NCBI RefSeq assembly: GCF_039654945.1
Contig: NW_027361779.1
Span: 16,306,001-16,370,000 of the forward strand
Direction of reading: 5' to 3'
Source of the DNA: Dendrobates tinctorius
Taxonomy: Eukaryota
Length of the DNA: 64,000 nucleotides
Position 1 is the first letter of the stretch; every line of letters starts with the position of its first letter. The position numbers and the translations under genes are program-made. This document shows, in pieces, positions 12,810 to 26,668 of this stretch. Below the pieces are notes generated by a model. The model searched no databases, was not told where the DNA came from, and saw nothing but the letters and a program-made list of their open reading frames with translations.

Positions 12810-14326
12810 CAGTAAGGAAAATAAGTATTTGATGCACTGCCAATTTTACAAGTTTTCCCACCTACAAAGTGTGGAGAGGTCTGCAATTTTAGCGTAGGTA
12901 CACTTCAACTATGAGACAGAATCTTAAAAAAAAATCCAGAAAAATCACATTGTAAGATTTTTCCATAATTAATTTGAATGTCAATGCATGAAATAAGTGT
13001 TTGATAGAATAGAAAAACAGAACTTAATATTTGGTACAGAAACCTTTGTCTGTAAATAGAGGCCATATGTTTCCTGTAGTTCTTGACCAAGTTTGCACAC
13101 ACTGCAGCAGGGATTTTGGCCCACTCCTCCATACAGATCTTATCCAGGTCTTTCTGGTTTTGGGGCTGTCGCGGGGCAACATTTAGTTTCAGCTCCCTCC
13201 AAAGATTTTCTATTAGGTTCAGGTCTGGAGACTGGCTAGGCCTCTCCAGGACCTTGAAATGCTTCTTACGGAGCCACTCCTTACTTGCCCTGGCTGTGCG
13301 TTTCGGGTCTTTGTCATGTTGGAAGACCCAGACACGACCCATCTTCAATGCTCTTACTGACAGAAGGAGGTTGTTGGCCAAAATATCGCGATACATGATC
13401 CCATCCATCTTCCCTTCAATACAATGCAGTTGTCCTGCCCTCTTTGCAGAAAAGCACCCCCAGAATGTGATGTTTCCCCCACCATGCTTCACAGTTGGTG
13501 TTCTTGGTGTTGTACTCATCCTCCCTCTTCCTCCAAACACAGCAAGTAGAGTTGATATAAAAAAGTTCTACTTTGGTCTCATCTGAACATACTTCAAATG
13601 GGCCTGGGAATGTGCTTGTATGCCCTGCAGGATTTTGATGACTGCGTAGTGTGTTACTCACAGTAATGTTTGAGACTGCAGTACCAGCTCTCTTCAGTTC
13701 TTTGACCAGGTCCTCCCATGTAGTCCTGGGCCAATTCCTGACCTTTCTCAGAATCATCCTTGCTCCACGAGGTGAGTTCTTGCATGAAGCCCCAGACCAA
13801 GGAAGATTGACAGTCATCTTGTATTTCTTCCATTTTCTAATAATTGTGCCAACAGTTGTTGCCTTCTCACCAAGTTGCTTGCCTATTGTCCTGCAGCGCT
13901 TCCCAGCCTTTTGTAGGTCTGCAATTTTGCTACTGGTGTCCTTACACAGCTCTTTGGTCTTGACCATGTGGAGAGGTTGGAGTCTGATTGAGTGTGTGGA
14001 CAGGTGTCTTTTATATAGGTAACAAGTTCAAACAGTTACAATTAATACAGGTAATGAGTGCAGAGTAGGAGGGCTTCTTAAAGGAAAACTAACAGGTCTG
14101 TGAGAGCCAGAATTTTTGCTGGTTGGTAGGTGATCAAATACTTAGTTCATGCAATAAAATGAAATTTAATTATTTTAAAATTAAACAATATGATTTTCTA
14201 TTTTTTTATTTTTTGAGTGTCTCTCACAGTTGAAGTGTACCTACAATAAAAATTACAGACCTGTCCATTCTTTGTAGGTGGGAAAAATCATCAGTGTATT
14301 GAATACGGTACTTATTTTCCCCATTG
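12810..14326 (-). mobile_element. Tc1/mariner transposon with long (~230 bp) TIRs, degenerate transposase
   Basis: MVKTKEL.. HTH in ORF 13416-13967 and DD34E catalytic region ([24 protein letters not shown]) in ORF 12905-13540. TIR cagt..aaaataagtatt at both ends, TA on the right. Confidence 0.92.
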
Positions 14327-14511
14327 TAGATAGAAATGTACACATTTTCGGAAGAAAACATCAGCAAAAACATCCAAGTCAATCGGTGCATGTAATCACT
14401 GAAGTAGTAGGTTTAATTAACTTTCTCAAGGCCTTCATGTCTTAAACTTTCTCTAAAAGATCATGACTATGTGTTTGGTAACAACTAAAAATGGAAGATG
14501 ATCTCCATCCG

Positions 14512-14715
14512 AAAAATATTTGTACTTGAGAGTCCTCAGTGGTTGATACCTCAGTGGATCTCTTCATCAGGCACTGAGCCAGAGTAGTCTCGAAAGCTTG
14601 CAATGTGTTACCATCTTTTCAGTTAGCCATTAAAAGGTATCAACCACTGAGGACTCTCAATTCTGAATATTTTTCTATCTAGTGGCTAACACGGTGCAAA
14701 GATATATATCTTTCC
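14512..14715. mobile_element. Penelope-like inverted remnant with broken hammerhead halves
   Basis: Inverted repeat ttgagagtcctcagtggttgatacct / aggtatcaaccactgaggactctcaa. CTGATGAAGAG on the minus strand and gtctcGAAAGCTTGC on the plus strand. Confidence 0.6.
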
Positions 14716-17209
14716 TGATGTACATCTGTACACTCTACTGATCTATTTTACGTTATTATCTATGCACTAGCACATCTACTTTTCACGTATTAAAGAATTA
14801 TTGGAAATACCTTTCAAGCTATCTGAAGTCTCATAAGTAAACTACGGGGACCATGTTCTGAATTCAGATTAAAAATATATTTGCTGTAAACTATGTCAAA
14901 CATGGTTTTCACATCTGCAGCCCAGATGGCACAGGTATAATATGTAGATGCAAAAAGTGTCTCATTCAGATATGTTCCATTTACAGTTCTCACAGTGAAT
15001 AGTCTGTTGCCTGAGATATAAAATAGAGAGTGAACATCATAAGTAACTAAAATGACACAGATCATCACTCTGCTATCGCAGCCAAACATTCGGCCATGAA
15101 TGCGTGCTGGAATGTAATCCTAGAGAAACACAATTTTAAAGAACTGAACTGTTCTATATATCTGTCTAGATAAATGAGCACATGTTGGTTTCAAGGGAAG
15201 CAGTCTGATCTGTGGACTTCATGGTATAGGTATAGAAGAAGCTGAGCAGAACGATACATAGATTTACTGGAAAAGATTCAGTACAACGTATTTCATTGAA
15301 ATCTTTGGCGTTTATATGCTTATGAGACCAGTAGGCGGTATTACTAGTGACTGACAGCTATCTCTACATGTACAGTCATACAAGGAAGACTGACAATCAC
15401 TGGACTTGTACATATACTGTCCAAACACCAGGGATTTCAATGAATAAAATACAAGTTTGCTCATAAAAATTTCTATCAATCTTTTCTATCAATCTGATCT
15501 TCTCTTACGGTTCTATAGCATCCTGTCTGCAGATCAGGTAGAATTTTTAGCAGATTCCCAGTTTAAAAAGCGATCTACCAGTATTTCCATAGAATATTAG
15601 GAGACCACTTAGATGACACCTTCTAAATGAGCACTGACTGAGTCAGCTTAGTCAGTGACCTTGTAGGACATAGTGTACATAGTAAATAGGATTATTTAGG
15701 ATTAGTTGTCTAAAGAGTGACTGGCGCATACTTTATGGTGGAGCGCTAAAGCAAAATCTATCCAATTATTAATAACTAGAGAAAGACCATAAATGTCCAA
15801 AATTCTAGTAATTGCACCTAATTAACATTGTCCTTTTAATACACGATTCTGTGGCTTTTAAAGTACTGGCATATAAGGTTTCTTAGTGCTACTAACTGGC
15901 CAAGAGAGCTCTCTCAGGGGTAATGAATGGGAAGGTTTTACTATACCTGGGTAAAAGAATCTGTTTCCTAAACTAACCCTGTATCTAGATCCTCCCAGGA
16001 CAAGTCCCTGGTGCACCTCTACTTTTGCTTCTGGGTGTGTTAAGAAATTGCAATGTAGTGAAAAGCTTTTTTTGGATGTCCTATTGTCACTAAAGAAGGT
16101 GGTCTTACGCACTAGCGTAATGTTACTGGGGCTTCTTATATACTGATCATTAAAATACCAAGAATTAGAACGAAGCAAAACAAAAAAGTGCAAAAGTCGT
16201 AGCAATGATAATGTAATATGAAGCATTGTATGCCAAGTATAATTAGTTTATGCATAACATATTTGCGTGACACTAATTCAGCTTCTCAGGAAAAACTGTA
16301 CATCGTGTAACCTTGACCTTATACCGAGACCAAATATGTTACATTACAGGCCAAATATTGCTGCATTTCCTCCAGATCATCACCCCACAGTTTAGCTCAC
16401 TCTCCAGAAAAAGAATCAGAAAAGTCCAAATGTTTTACTTCCTAATCCGATTACTCCATATTTATTTTAAGCAAAGAACAGAAGAAATGAATCAGTACAA
16501 TGTTAATTAGTAGAGACATATATATGGCATATAGAGAAGGAATATTAGCCCCAGATCTAACATCGGTACTCTGCAGTACATGTTGCTAGAGTCATTCTGG
16601 ACAGATACTTACAGCTTCTTCTCTCCCTCCCAGCTTAGCTGCTAGTGGCTTCTAGGGAGGGCTCCCAGTTACACTCTGGAGTCAGTGAGCAATGTATCAG
16701 TAATTCCAGTCTTGTCTGATTTTGGCTCTCAGGCAGCCCGGCTTTGTTATTCCTCACATTTATCCTAATGCTTGTCTCCTAAATAGCAATACCGGATGTT
16801 TATATTCAGCTCCTAAACTTGCAAATTAGAGAAAGCAGCATAGATTTAATGAAGAATGTAAAGTTCAGCTGGATTCCTTTTAACCATGGCCAGAACCCAA
16901 AGGGCTAACTTTCGGAATTTCAGTGGCTGAAGAAATGAATGGAATGTGTTTCTGGCAGCACACAGTTGTGAAGAGGATATAAAGATGTATAGATAGGATT
17001 TCAGGGATGTTTTTTTCACTAATATAAAGGGAGCCATCAAATATGGAAGCAAAAGATAAAAGTGATTTTTTTTTCGGTGATCGACATTTCCCGATGAAGA
17101 ATTCTATAACCAATTTTCTCACAAAACTATATATCAGTTTATTCCACTCCCCTTGCTCTATAATCTACAGATTGGACTGCATTTTTTTTTTTTGGTTGGT
17201 TACCTTTAA

Positions 17210-18282
17210 TCCCTATACACCACAGAAAATTTCGGGGTTTTTTGTTTTCGCTTTTTCCTGTCCTTCCTCCAAGAGCCATAACTTTTATATTTCCATCCAC
17301 ATAACCGTATGAGGGTTTATTTGTGGGATGAGTTGTACTTTTGAATGGCACCATTCGTTTTAACATGTGATGTACTGGAAAGCGACAAAAAAATCCCAAA
17401 TTTTGAAATTGTTGAAATTGCAAAAAAAGATTTTTTTTTTTAATAAAGTGGTTAAAAAAATTCAGAAATTGGAAAAAAAAAATGCTTCTAGCCATTTTTC
17501 AAAGCCTGTAACATTTAAAATTTTTGGGATATGGGACTGTGTGAAGGATAATTTTTTGCACCCTGAGTGGAAGTTTTATTGATACCATTTTGGAATAGCT
17601 ATGTCTTCATCACCTCTTATTGCATTTTATTGCAATGTTGAGTAATGCAAAACAACGTAATTCTAGTGTTTTAGATTTTTTTTCTCGTTAGTCCATTTAT
17701 CAATTGGATTCTTTTTTTTATATTTTGATTGATTATGTAAGCAGCGATACCAAATATGTGTATTTTCTTTTTTTAATTGTTATATTTTTAATGGATTAAA
17801 AGGGAGGTGATTTGATCTTTTGTTTTGTTTTTACTTTGCCATATTTTGAAAACCATTTTTTCCACTTTTTACTGTATTCGTTAGTCCCTTTCGGGGACTT
17901 GAAGCTGTGATCATCTGATCGCATGTTGAAATTAACAGTAGCATTTAACAGGTTGACAGCTGTGGACAGAGCACCTATCCACCTGGGGCTGTTAGAGAAG
18001 AAAGATGTGGGTTTGGCTTGCGAGCACGCATAAAAGTCAGGAACATGGCATATGATTAAGACCGGGGTCAGACTTGCAAGAAACTTGGACAAGTCTCGCA
18101 CGTCAATACCCGGCACTGCCGCTGGCACTCGGATCGGAGCGTTCAGCTGCATGTATTTCTATGCAGCTGAACGCTCCAATCCGGGTGCCGGCGGCAGTGC
18201 CCGGTATTGACGTGTGAGACTTGTCCGAGTTTCTTGCAAGTCGGACCCCGGGCTTAGATGTATATCTTCTGTCTTGAAGGGG
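17210..18282. mobile_element. piggyBac-like non-autonomous element
   Basis: TTAA-tccct ... gaagggg-TTAA. Homologous in reverse to 21800-22482. Confidence 0.7.
18059..18254. mobile_element. PIF/Harbinger-like MITE
   Basis: Palindromic; same internal cccggcactgccgcc motif as the 1677 and 2788 copies. Confidence 0.82.
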
Positions 18283-19304
18283 TTAATGTCCACTTGATTA
18301 ATTCTACTTTGATTAAAGCTATCACATTTGACTTTGTGACTCGCATTAAAACTGACAAAAAATTGTCCACGTTTCTTTATTCTTCTGTAGTTTTAACATT
18401 TATCAGCTGAACTGGACAAAAAGATGATGGTTACAGACTTCAAAAAAATCCTGTGTAGTCTGAAGCAGCAATTCTGTTACTCCCTCTTATTTGACCTTTT
18501 GCTTCTTGCTAGCCTGCACAGTAAGACTGCACATAGGTATCTAATAACAAAGCCAGGCTACATACATTTATAGAGAATAACAAAGATATGTATTGGTAGC
18601 CATAATCAGCAGACAAGTTTTGAATCACATGAACCCTTAAAATAGCCTGCTGTTACTAAATATACCAAATCAGGGATGGACCAAAAAAATTAACTTGGCG
18701 TGTTCCTAGAGATTATAACTTAGGTGTGAAGTGTAATAGCTTTTACTTCCACTCAGAGATATTGCAACATATATAAGGATATGCTTTATATATAAGTACT
18801 TTTGTGATGTTGGGCCTATCTCTATACTTGAGAACTTTGGAGATCAGCATTTAGGCACTTAAAAGGAGGATAAATAGTGATGTGAATAGTATAGTATGGC
18901 ATTTCACACACAAATAGTACAAACTAACCCCATTCATTACACCTCAAAATGAAGTCAGACCACACTCCAGACCACTAAATGAATACTAAGCACACAGTCA
19001 CTGAATATCATAATAAGGGAGGACACAATAAAGAATGATGCAATAAGCAAAAAGGGAGAATATTGTATATAGTGGTCTATGAAACACATCTGAGTGGGCG
19101 CTCTGCCCATGATTGCATGGACCAGCTAATTAAATTTGTACCATGCACATCTACAGGTCCCAGTGCAACCTTAGCAATAGAAAAGGCATGCATGGAGCTT
19201 TTGCTTTACAAACAAGAATATCATCAACCGTGGTTGCTCCTCAGAAAGCTCAATGACTACAGTACTGATCAGTCATAGTCAAAGGCCACATAAAAATTTG
19301 CAAG

Positions 19305-21380
19305 CGGTGACTTTCCTTCACCTCCCATATACAATCTCTTGCCCGCTCTTGCCGCTTACACCTAAAGAACATCTCTAGAATCCACCCCTTTCTCACCATA
19401 GAAACAACAAAAACTCTCACTGTTGCCTTGACTACTATAATACTCTATTAATTGGCCTCTCCCTCACTCGACTTTCTTGTGGCGCCCCTGAGGCTCAGTC
19501 GCCACAGAGGTACTGCACCTTCTCCTAAGGTGTAGTGCCCCACCACCTAGGTAAGTTGGGAACTCCTTTCCACACTACAACACCTGCTCTCACACACAGG
19601 ATAGTTCAGCACTGATCACATTGCGGCTCATGCTGAGAGGGTAGCAGAGCACCTCTGGTGATTCCTTGCTTCGTAACACGAGATGTGCTGGGAGGTGGGT
19701 GGAGTTGAGATATATAAAAGGTTGGGAAGGTTTAGAATTACAAGTTCAGTCGAGTTCAGTCAGAGGAGTCTGGAGGAGAGCAGGCTGACAGGAGGTCAGC
19801 CTGAGGGGAGCTCAATGCGGAGGAAGACAGTCAGTCAGGCGAGGCTGAGGACTGGTCTTAGTGGAACGAGCTCCCTAGGAAAGGAACAGAAGGAGAAAGA
19901 CGTAGAACTGCAACCTAAGCTTCCATAAGAGAGAGAAGGAACAGCGCGGAACGAAGGAGTAGGAGAACAGAGAGGAGTTGTGGGTTGGAAGAGGAACCCT
20001 GCCTATAGGTTCTCAGCGCAAGGCCAGGGCCCGGACCCCGAGGTTGTATGGACACTTATGGTTCTGCAGCAGACACCGGTGGAGTAGTTGGCTGTAAATG
20101 CATTACTCCAATCCAAGACTTGGGGCACAACAGCAACTGAATAGAGAGCCAGAACTCCAGAGAAGGGAGTCCCCGAGAAAGGCTACAGCTGTCTGTCATA
20201 CAAGTAGAGTTGTTAGGAACATCTGACAGGAGGAACTTCAAAGTACCACGGTACTGGAGCTCTTTACACTAAAGGCGCAATAGAGGAGTCGTTCAGGAAA
20301 GGTACATGTTGGCGGAGTATTGGAGAGGAGAAGTCTAACTTGCCCGGGAGGTTGATTGAGTCTCTACCCCGGAGGACGCGGCATGGAAGCGGGCACCAGT
20401 GGTTACCAAGAACTGTGAGTAAAGCGTTGAAACTGCAAGCCCTGGTGTCCTCCATTCCTTCTTGCACCCACCAGCACTGCTACATTCCCTGCGCTGGACA
20501 CTACACCATCAAGGTGTCCCCAGGGCCACGGACCGGGTCCCAGATGCCGTGATACTTTCCCCCTGATACCGGCCCGGTACCGAGTACCCCACAGCCCTGG
20601 GAAAGGGACGACCCATTCCCCTCTCCAGTCCATCCTTAATGCAGCAGCCAGGGTCATTTAGCTGGCTAAACGATACTCTGACACGTCTGCTTTGTGACAG
20701 TCATTGCACTGGCTGCCCTTACATTATAGGATCCAATTTAAACTACTTGTTCTTACCCACAAAGCTCTCCACAGTGCGGCACCCCCCCTACATTTCTTTC
20801 CTCATTTCTGTTCATCGACCTACGCTCCTTAAATGACTTTTGACTAACATCCACACTAATCCATACCTCCCGCTCCTAGCTCCAAGACTTCTCACAAGTT
20901 GCACCAATCCTCTTGAATGCTCTACCCCAAGAAATCAGGATTAACAACAACTTATATTTTTAGGAAGCGCCTAAAACTGTATATCTGTTTAGAGCGGCCT
21001 ATCACGTCCCTAGTTAAAGTCCTTATATATATACACTGTGTGTGTGTATATATAGCCCACTCACTTTCTCTGAACATAACTCTCCATCAAATTCCACTGC
21101 ACCCAAAAGCACCACACATACTGGCTGGTGACCAGCTCATGCAGCCTTTATTTATCCCCTTTCCCTCAAGATGGCTGGACCATCTTTGTAAATAAACACC
21201 TGTACTTTGTGTCTTCCACCACCTCACCGTAGAATGTAAGCTCTTATGGGCAGGATCGTCATTATCTTTGCTTTTATTATTGTATTATCTTTAACGTTGT
21301 TACTTATGACTTGTATATGAACTGTTGAATTGTAAAGCGCTGCAGAATATGTTGGCGCTATATAAATAAAGATTATTATT
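19305..21380 (+). mobile_element. L2-clade LINE 3' fragment, split by a solo LTR
   Basis: RT C-terminal remnants HLKNISRIHPFL..LLIGL | PLQSILNAAAR. Tail tgtaaagcgctgc..ggcgctatataaataaagattattatt. Confidence 0.85.
19478..20615 (+). mobile_element. Solo LTR (Gypsy-like, ~1.14 kb)
   Basis: TG...CA termini, flanks ttct/ttcc, TATATAAAA near 19711, AGTAAA near 20418. The L2 sequence resumes across it. Confidence 0.8.
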
Positions 21381-21429
21381 AAGGTCTACACTGTAGTCAT
21401 TCTTTTTATTTTTTGGTCTCCGTCTACTG

Positions 21430-22482
21430 CTGTTTTGAACAGCTGACATGCCCGCAATAGGTACAGGTGGAATCGCGATCCACCTGCTCCTATTAACCCA
21501 TTAAATGCCTCTGTCAAACGCTGACAGCAGCATTTAACCGGTGCCTCCAGCCGCGTGCATTTAACCGGTGCCTCCAACCGGTGGTCAGCGCTCATAGCAA
21601 TGCTGTCATTCTACATATAGGGGGTCTGCTCATCGTCTATATGTAGCAGAGCCAATCAAGTATGGCATGCTTCTAGCCTCCCATGGAGGCTATTGAAGCA
21701 TGCCAAAATTAGAAAAAAATGTTTTAAAAAATATGAAAAAAATAAAAAAATTTAAAGTTTAAATCACCTCCCTTTCGCCCCATTCAAAATAAAATTAAAA
21801 AAAATCACACATACACATATTAGGTATCGCCATGTTCAGAATCACCCAATTTATCAATAAAAAATGCATTAACCCGATCACTAAACGGTGTAGCAAGAAA
21901 AAAAATCAAAACGCCAGAATTATGTTTTTTTGGTCTCTGTGACATTGCATTAAAATGCAATAACGGGCGATCAAAAGAACATATGTGCACCAAAGTGGTA
22001 TCATTAAAAACGTCAGCTCGGCCCGCAAAAAATAAACCCTGACCCGACCCCAGATCACGAAAAATGGAGACGCTATGGGTCTCGGAAAATGGCGTTTTTT
22101 TTAACAAAATTTGGAATTTTTTTTCACCACTTAGATAAAAGAGAACCAAGACATGTTTGGTGTCTATGAACTCGTAATGACCTGGAGAATCATAGTGGCA
22201 GGTCACTTTTAGCATTTAGTGAACCTAACAAAAAAGCCAAGCAAAAAATAAGAGTGGGATTGCACTATTTTTGCAATTTCTCCGCACTGGGAATTTTTTT
22301 TCCCATTTTGTAGTACACGACATGGTAAAACCAATGGTGTCATTCAAAAGTACAACTCGTCCTGCAAAAATTAAGCCCTCAAATGGCCATATTGATGAAA
22401 AAATAAAAAAGTTATGGCTCTGGAAAGAAGGGGATTGAAAAATGAAAATGCAAAACCAAAAATACCCCTGGTCGTTAAGGGG
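21430..22482. mobile_element. piggyBac-like non-autonomous element, partial
   Basis: Ends gtcgttaagggg-TTAA; left end not seen. Confidence 0.7.
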
Positions 22483-22950
22483 TTAAAGGGGTTTTCTCAA
22501 CTTAATAAGTTTACGATGCACGTGCATCACACCTCTGGGAATCACACATTTGTGGAGATCAGTGGTCTCTCAAATCCACCTTCAGATGGAAAAAAAAATG
22601 AATGGCTAGGTGACGACAGATGTTCAGTTTTCTCTATTTACGTTGAACAAAATGTGTGTACAGTGGCATGTAAAAGTTTGGGCACCCGTGGTCAAAATTA
22701 CTGTTTTTGTGAATAGTTAAGCAAGTTGAAGATAAAATGATCTCTAAAAGGCCTGAAGTTAAAAATGACACATTTACTTTGTATTTTAGGCACAAAAAAA
22801 TATATATATTTTTTCATCTTTTATATTTTAAAATTACAAAAAGGAAATGGGCTGATGTAAATGTTTGGGCACCCTTGGAGATTTATGTGCTCAGATAACG
22901 TTGCTAATGTTTCAGACCTTAATTATCCTTTAAGGGTTATGGCTTGTTCA

Positions 22951-23330
22951 TGATATAGAAGGGTTAATGTTTTTCCTCTCTGTTCTAGATTTTGTTTTTA
23001 TATTACCCAGCCTTATAGTCTCATATTCAAGGATGTTATACTTCTTAGCTTATATGCAATGTTTTTAAGATTTTGCAAAAACATATTTTGGGTACATGGT
23101 AAATAAAGTCATCATGACCTGGGTAATGGATGGATGGGCTATATGAGTTACATTTCTGTAAATGGTCTAAGAAGACAGCATTGTGTGAATAACCAGAAAA
23201 TTGACTCGCTCACAATAAGTGTGCACTCTTTTCAATGAGCGCTCGTTATATGAAGGCCTGATTTTTTAATTTGGCCTCACTGGTGATCCGGTATAACTGA
23301 CTTTGGGTCAGAACAAAAAGAGCTACAACA
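22951..23330. mobile_element. Solo LTR (380 bp)
   Basis: TG...CA termini with an exact 4-bp TSD ttca (22947-22950, 23331-23334), interrupting the Tc1. Confidence 0.75.
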
Positions 23331-23666
23331 TTCACTATCATCATTAGGAAAGTCCAAGTGATGCAAATTTCCCAGCTTTATAAAAAGACAGCCTCCCCTA
23401 ATCTTGTGCCAAAAAACATTGGCTCTTTTAAGCAGCCGCCTAGCCTTTTAAAAATGAAAATGATGGGAGGCCCACAAAGCAGGAGAAGGCTTTAAGAAGA
23501 CAGCAAAGTGTTTTCCAGTTGCCCTCTCCTCAGATCAAAATGTAATATAAAAAATGGCTTTTAACAGGAACAGTGGAAGTCAAGATAATGTCTGAAATAC
23601 CAAGCAAAATTTTATTTAGAGCTGCTCATAGGAGTGCTACAGAGACAAGTCAGAACTCCCGCTTAA

Positions 23667-24114
23667 AGGGAATCTGTCACCCCTTTTTTTGAGATATCAT
23701 ATAATGATATCATTCAATTGTGTGTCACATAAGGATTCTCTTAGTACTTTTGCTTCCCCCTGACCCCGCACCTTTCATGCATAAACACCTTTTTTAGATC
23801 GGTTCAGATGTGTGTAAACTGCCGCTGTCCGGTCCGCTGGGCGGGGCTTATTCAACTGCTCCCCCCTCCCTGTCTTGCTCTACACAAGAAGAAATGCATA
23901 GTGCAAGACAGGGAGGGGGGGAGCAGTTGAATAAGCCCCGCCCAGCGGACCGGACAGCAGCAGTTTACATACATCTGAACCGATATAAAAAAGGTGTTTA
24001 TGCATGAAAGGTGTGGGGTCAGGGGGAAGCAAAAGTACTAAGAGAATCCTTATGTGACATACAATTGAATGATATCATTATATGATATCTCAAAAAAGGG
24101 GTGACAGATTCCCT
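23667..24114. mobile_element. Kolobok/T2-like palindromic MITE
   Basis: TTAA TSD, AGGGAATCTGTCACCC termini, ~210-bp near-perfect inverted arms. Confidence 0.9.
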
Positions 24115-26589
24115 TTAAGTGCAAAAGACCTTCAGAAATATTTAGCAGATTCTGGAGTTGTGGGACATTATCCTACTGTTCAGAGACACCTACACAAATA
24201 TGACCTTCATGGTAGTCATGAGAAGAAAACCTCTCCTGCATCCTCACCTTAAAATTCGCCATCAGAATTCTGCAAAACTACATCAAAACAAGACCGATGA
24301 GGTTAAAATAGAACTCTATGGCCACAAAGATCGACGGCATGTGTGGAGAAAAAAGGCCACAGAATTTCTGAAAAAGAACATCATGCCAACTATTAAGCAT
24401 GGGGGTGGATCAATCATGGTTTGGGGTTGTGTTGCAGTTAATGGCACAGGGAACATTTCATGGGGGAAAGAATGGATTCAATGAAATTTCGATAAATTCT
24501 TGATGCAGACATAACACCATCTGTAAAAATCTGAAGTTGAAATGAGGATGGAAATGGATAATGATCCTAAACACATGTGAAAATCCACAATAGACTACCT
24601 CAAAAGGGGCAAGGTGAAGGTTTTACACTATCCCTCACAGTCTCCTGATCTGAACATCATCGAAAATCTGTGACTAGACCTCAAAATAGCAGTGCATGCA
24701 AGACACACAGGAATCTTATAGAACAGGAAGAATTTGCCAAGGAAGAATGGATGAAAATCCCTCAGAACAAGAATTGAAAGACTCTTGTTTGGTTACAAAA
24801 AGCATTTACAAGCTGAGACACTTTCAAATGGGGGTTCTACAAAGTACTAACCACACAAGGTGCTTAATATCTTGCATCAGCTCATTTTCGTTTTTGTAAT
24901 TTTTAAAATGTTAAAGATAAAAAAACATAAAAATTTATATATAGGCTTTTTAGAGATCATTCAATCTTCAACTTGCTTTACTGTGTTCACCATAACAGTA
25001 ATTTTTACCAATTTTTGCCCAAACTTTTATAGGCTACTGCAGTGTTGGACTGGGGTGCCAAGGGCCCGCCAGTAACATTGACTATGGAGGCCTGCTTTTC
25101 ACCTGCATACAAACATTACATACCCTCATTACCTATATCCCTATATAATAATAAACTGGGTAGTTTGTTTAATTAATGATGAGATGCTGTTTTTTTCTGT
25201 ACAGAGTGAATCAAGTGAATTAAGCCAAGTACTGCCCATACAATGGGGTTGTTGGCCCAGATCTGCACAGGGGGATTCCCCTGCTCCCCTATGGGACAGT
25301 CTGAGCCTGTGCCACTGTACACGTGCTCACCGTGCTCACTAGGCAATTCTGTGGACCACTTCATTATCCACGTAGGTTCAGAGTGTTTTAGGTTTAATTT
25401 CATTTTAATTTCTCGTGACTTTTAATAAATAGTTTTTAAAGTTTTCCTGACACATTTATATAAATCAGGGACCTATGGAACACATAGATCTATATGAACT
25501 AGCTGCTGGGAAACATTTCATGGCCTTTAAGGGTACTTTCCATTATGCAAGGTCACCAACCGCTACTTTAAATGTCCCACTGGGGATATGCACCAAGGAG
25601 AGAAGACAGATTCTGTATATAAGCAGATGAATGAGATCATAAGCCACCTCTTCCAAGCAGATATTAGGCCTTTGCATAATGTTTTTCACATTCAGGTCCA
25701 CTTAATCTGCTTCCATCAGGAAATTTACAGTTTAATATAATAATAAATAATAATACATTTTATTTATATAGCGCCAACATATTCCACAGCACTTTAAACA
25801 ACAGTAGGCAATACTGTATCGGATGAATACGTTAATGCCATTGTCCCTAATACAGCTCTTTTAAGAGAATTTTGTCAATATATTTCTACATTTCATTAAT
25901 GTGTATTAAATATTATTACGAAATAAAATATTACTAATGCTTGTATTTCAATATATTTCTAAATTTATGATAATCAAAACTAGAAAACTAATTTTTACCT
26001 CTACATAGTCCCTCTACAAAGTAATAACTCTATTCCCATCATTTGTATCTTCTCCAAGTTGTATACAGCACGTACGTGAGAGTAAATGAACGAGCCATCT
26101 GATACTCGCTACTGTTATTTCGCTCATTGTCTCCTAATATACCTAAATCCTTTCTCATATCAGCTTTCTCCACTTGCCTCCCTGTTAGTGTTACTGCTGT
26201 CACTAGTGAAGTGCAAAATCCCATGTAAGTTTACATCTGCGATAAGGGTCACCTTGATGCTCTTGTCCACTTTTTTGATTTTACTATATCCATTTGCAGC
26301 TGGATTTATGTTCCCTTTCTCCTTCATTTGTCATATGGGGGAACTGAACACAAGTGTATTTGCAAAACCAGACTAGAAATTCTGAGTGAAAATTGTGTTT
26401 TGCCAGGGGTCACAAATTATTTTGGTGGATATGATTTACCCCCACAAAATTAATGTTAAAACAAAATGTCCTCCAAAGAAGTAGGTTTTCTTAAAGGTAG
26501 TCCGAACCTAAGAGAAAAACAAAATGAAAAAAATACCTGGCAATAAGTAAATACAAAAATAAATAGTAATAATGCATGTAAATAACATA

Positions 26590-26668
26590 GGGTACTTGGC
26601 TGGCTCTATCTTGATCAAAAGAGCATAAAAGCCATCCTGCCGCAACAAGATGTACCCAATTGGGATGA
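26590..26668 (-). ncRNA. HDV/CPEB3-like ribozyme fold, copy 1 (decayed)
   Basis: TCATCCC AATT GGGTAC ATC TTGTTGC GGC AGGATGG CT [P4 GCTCT..AGAGC] G CCAA GTACCC. Confidence 0.55.

Larger units (their letters stand above)
22661..25030 (+). mobile_element. Degenerate Tc1 transposon with nested solo LTR and MITE
   Basis: TA-cagtggcatgtaaaagtttgggcaccc TIR with an internal direct repeat near 22855. TDEVKIELYG, KHGGGSIMVWGC and SPDLN remnants. Confidence 0.85.

Noticed and set aside
14814-15119. Minus-strand ORF after an acceptor, with a CENC motif in another frame
   Set aside because: The CxxC frame stops five codons later; not a LIM domain.
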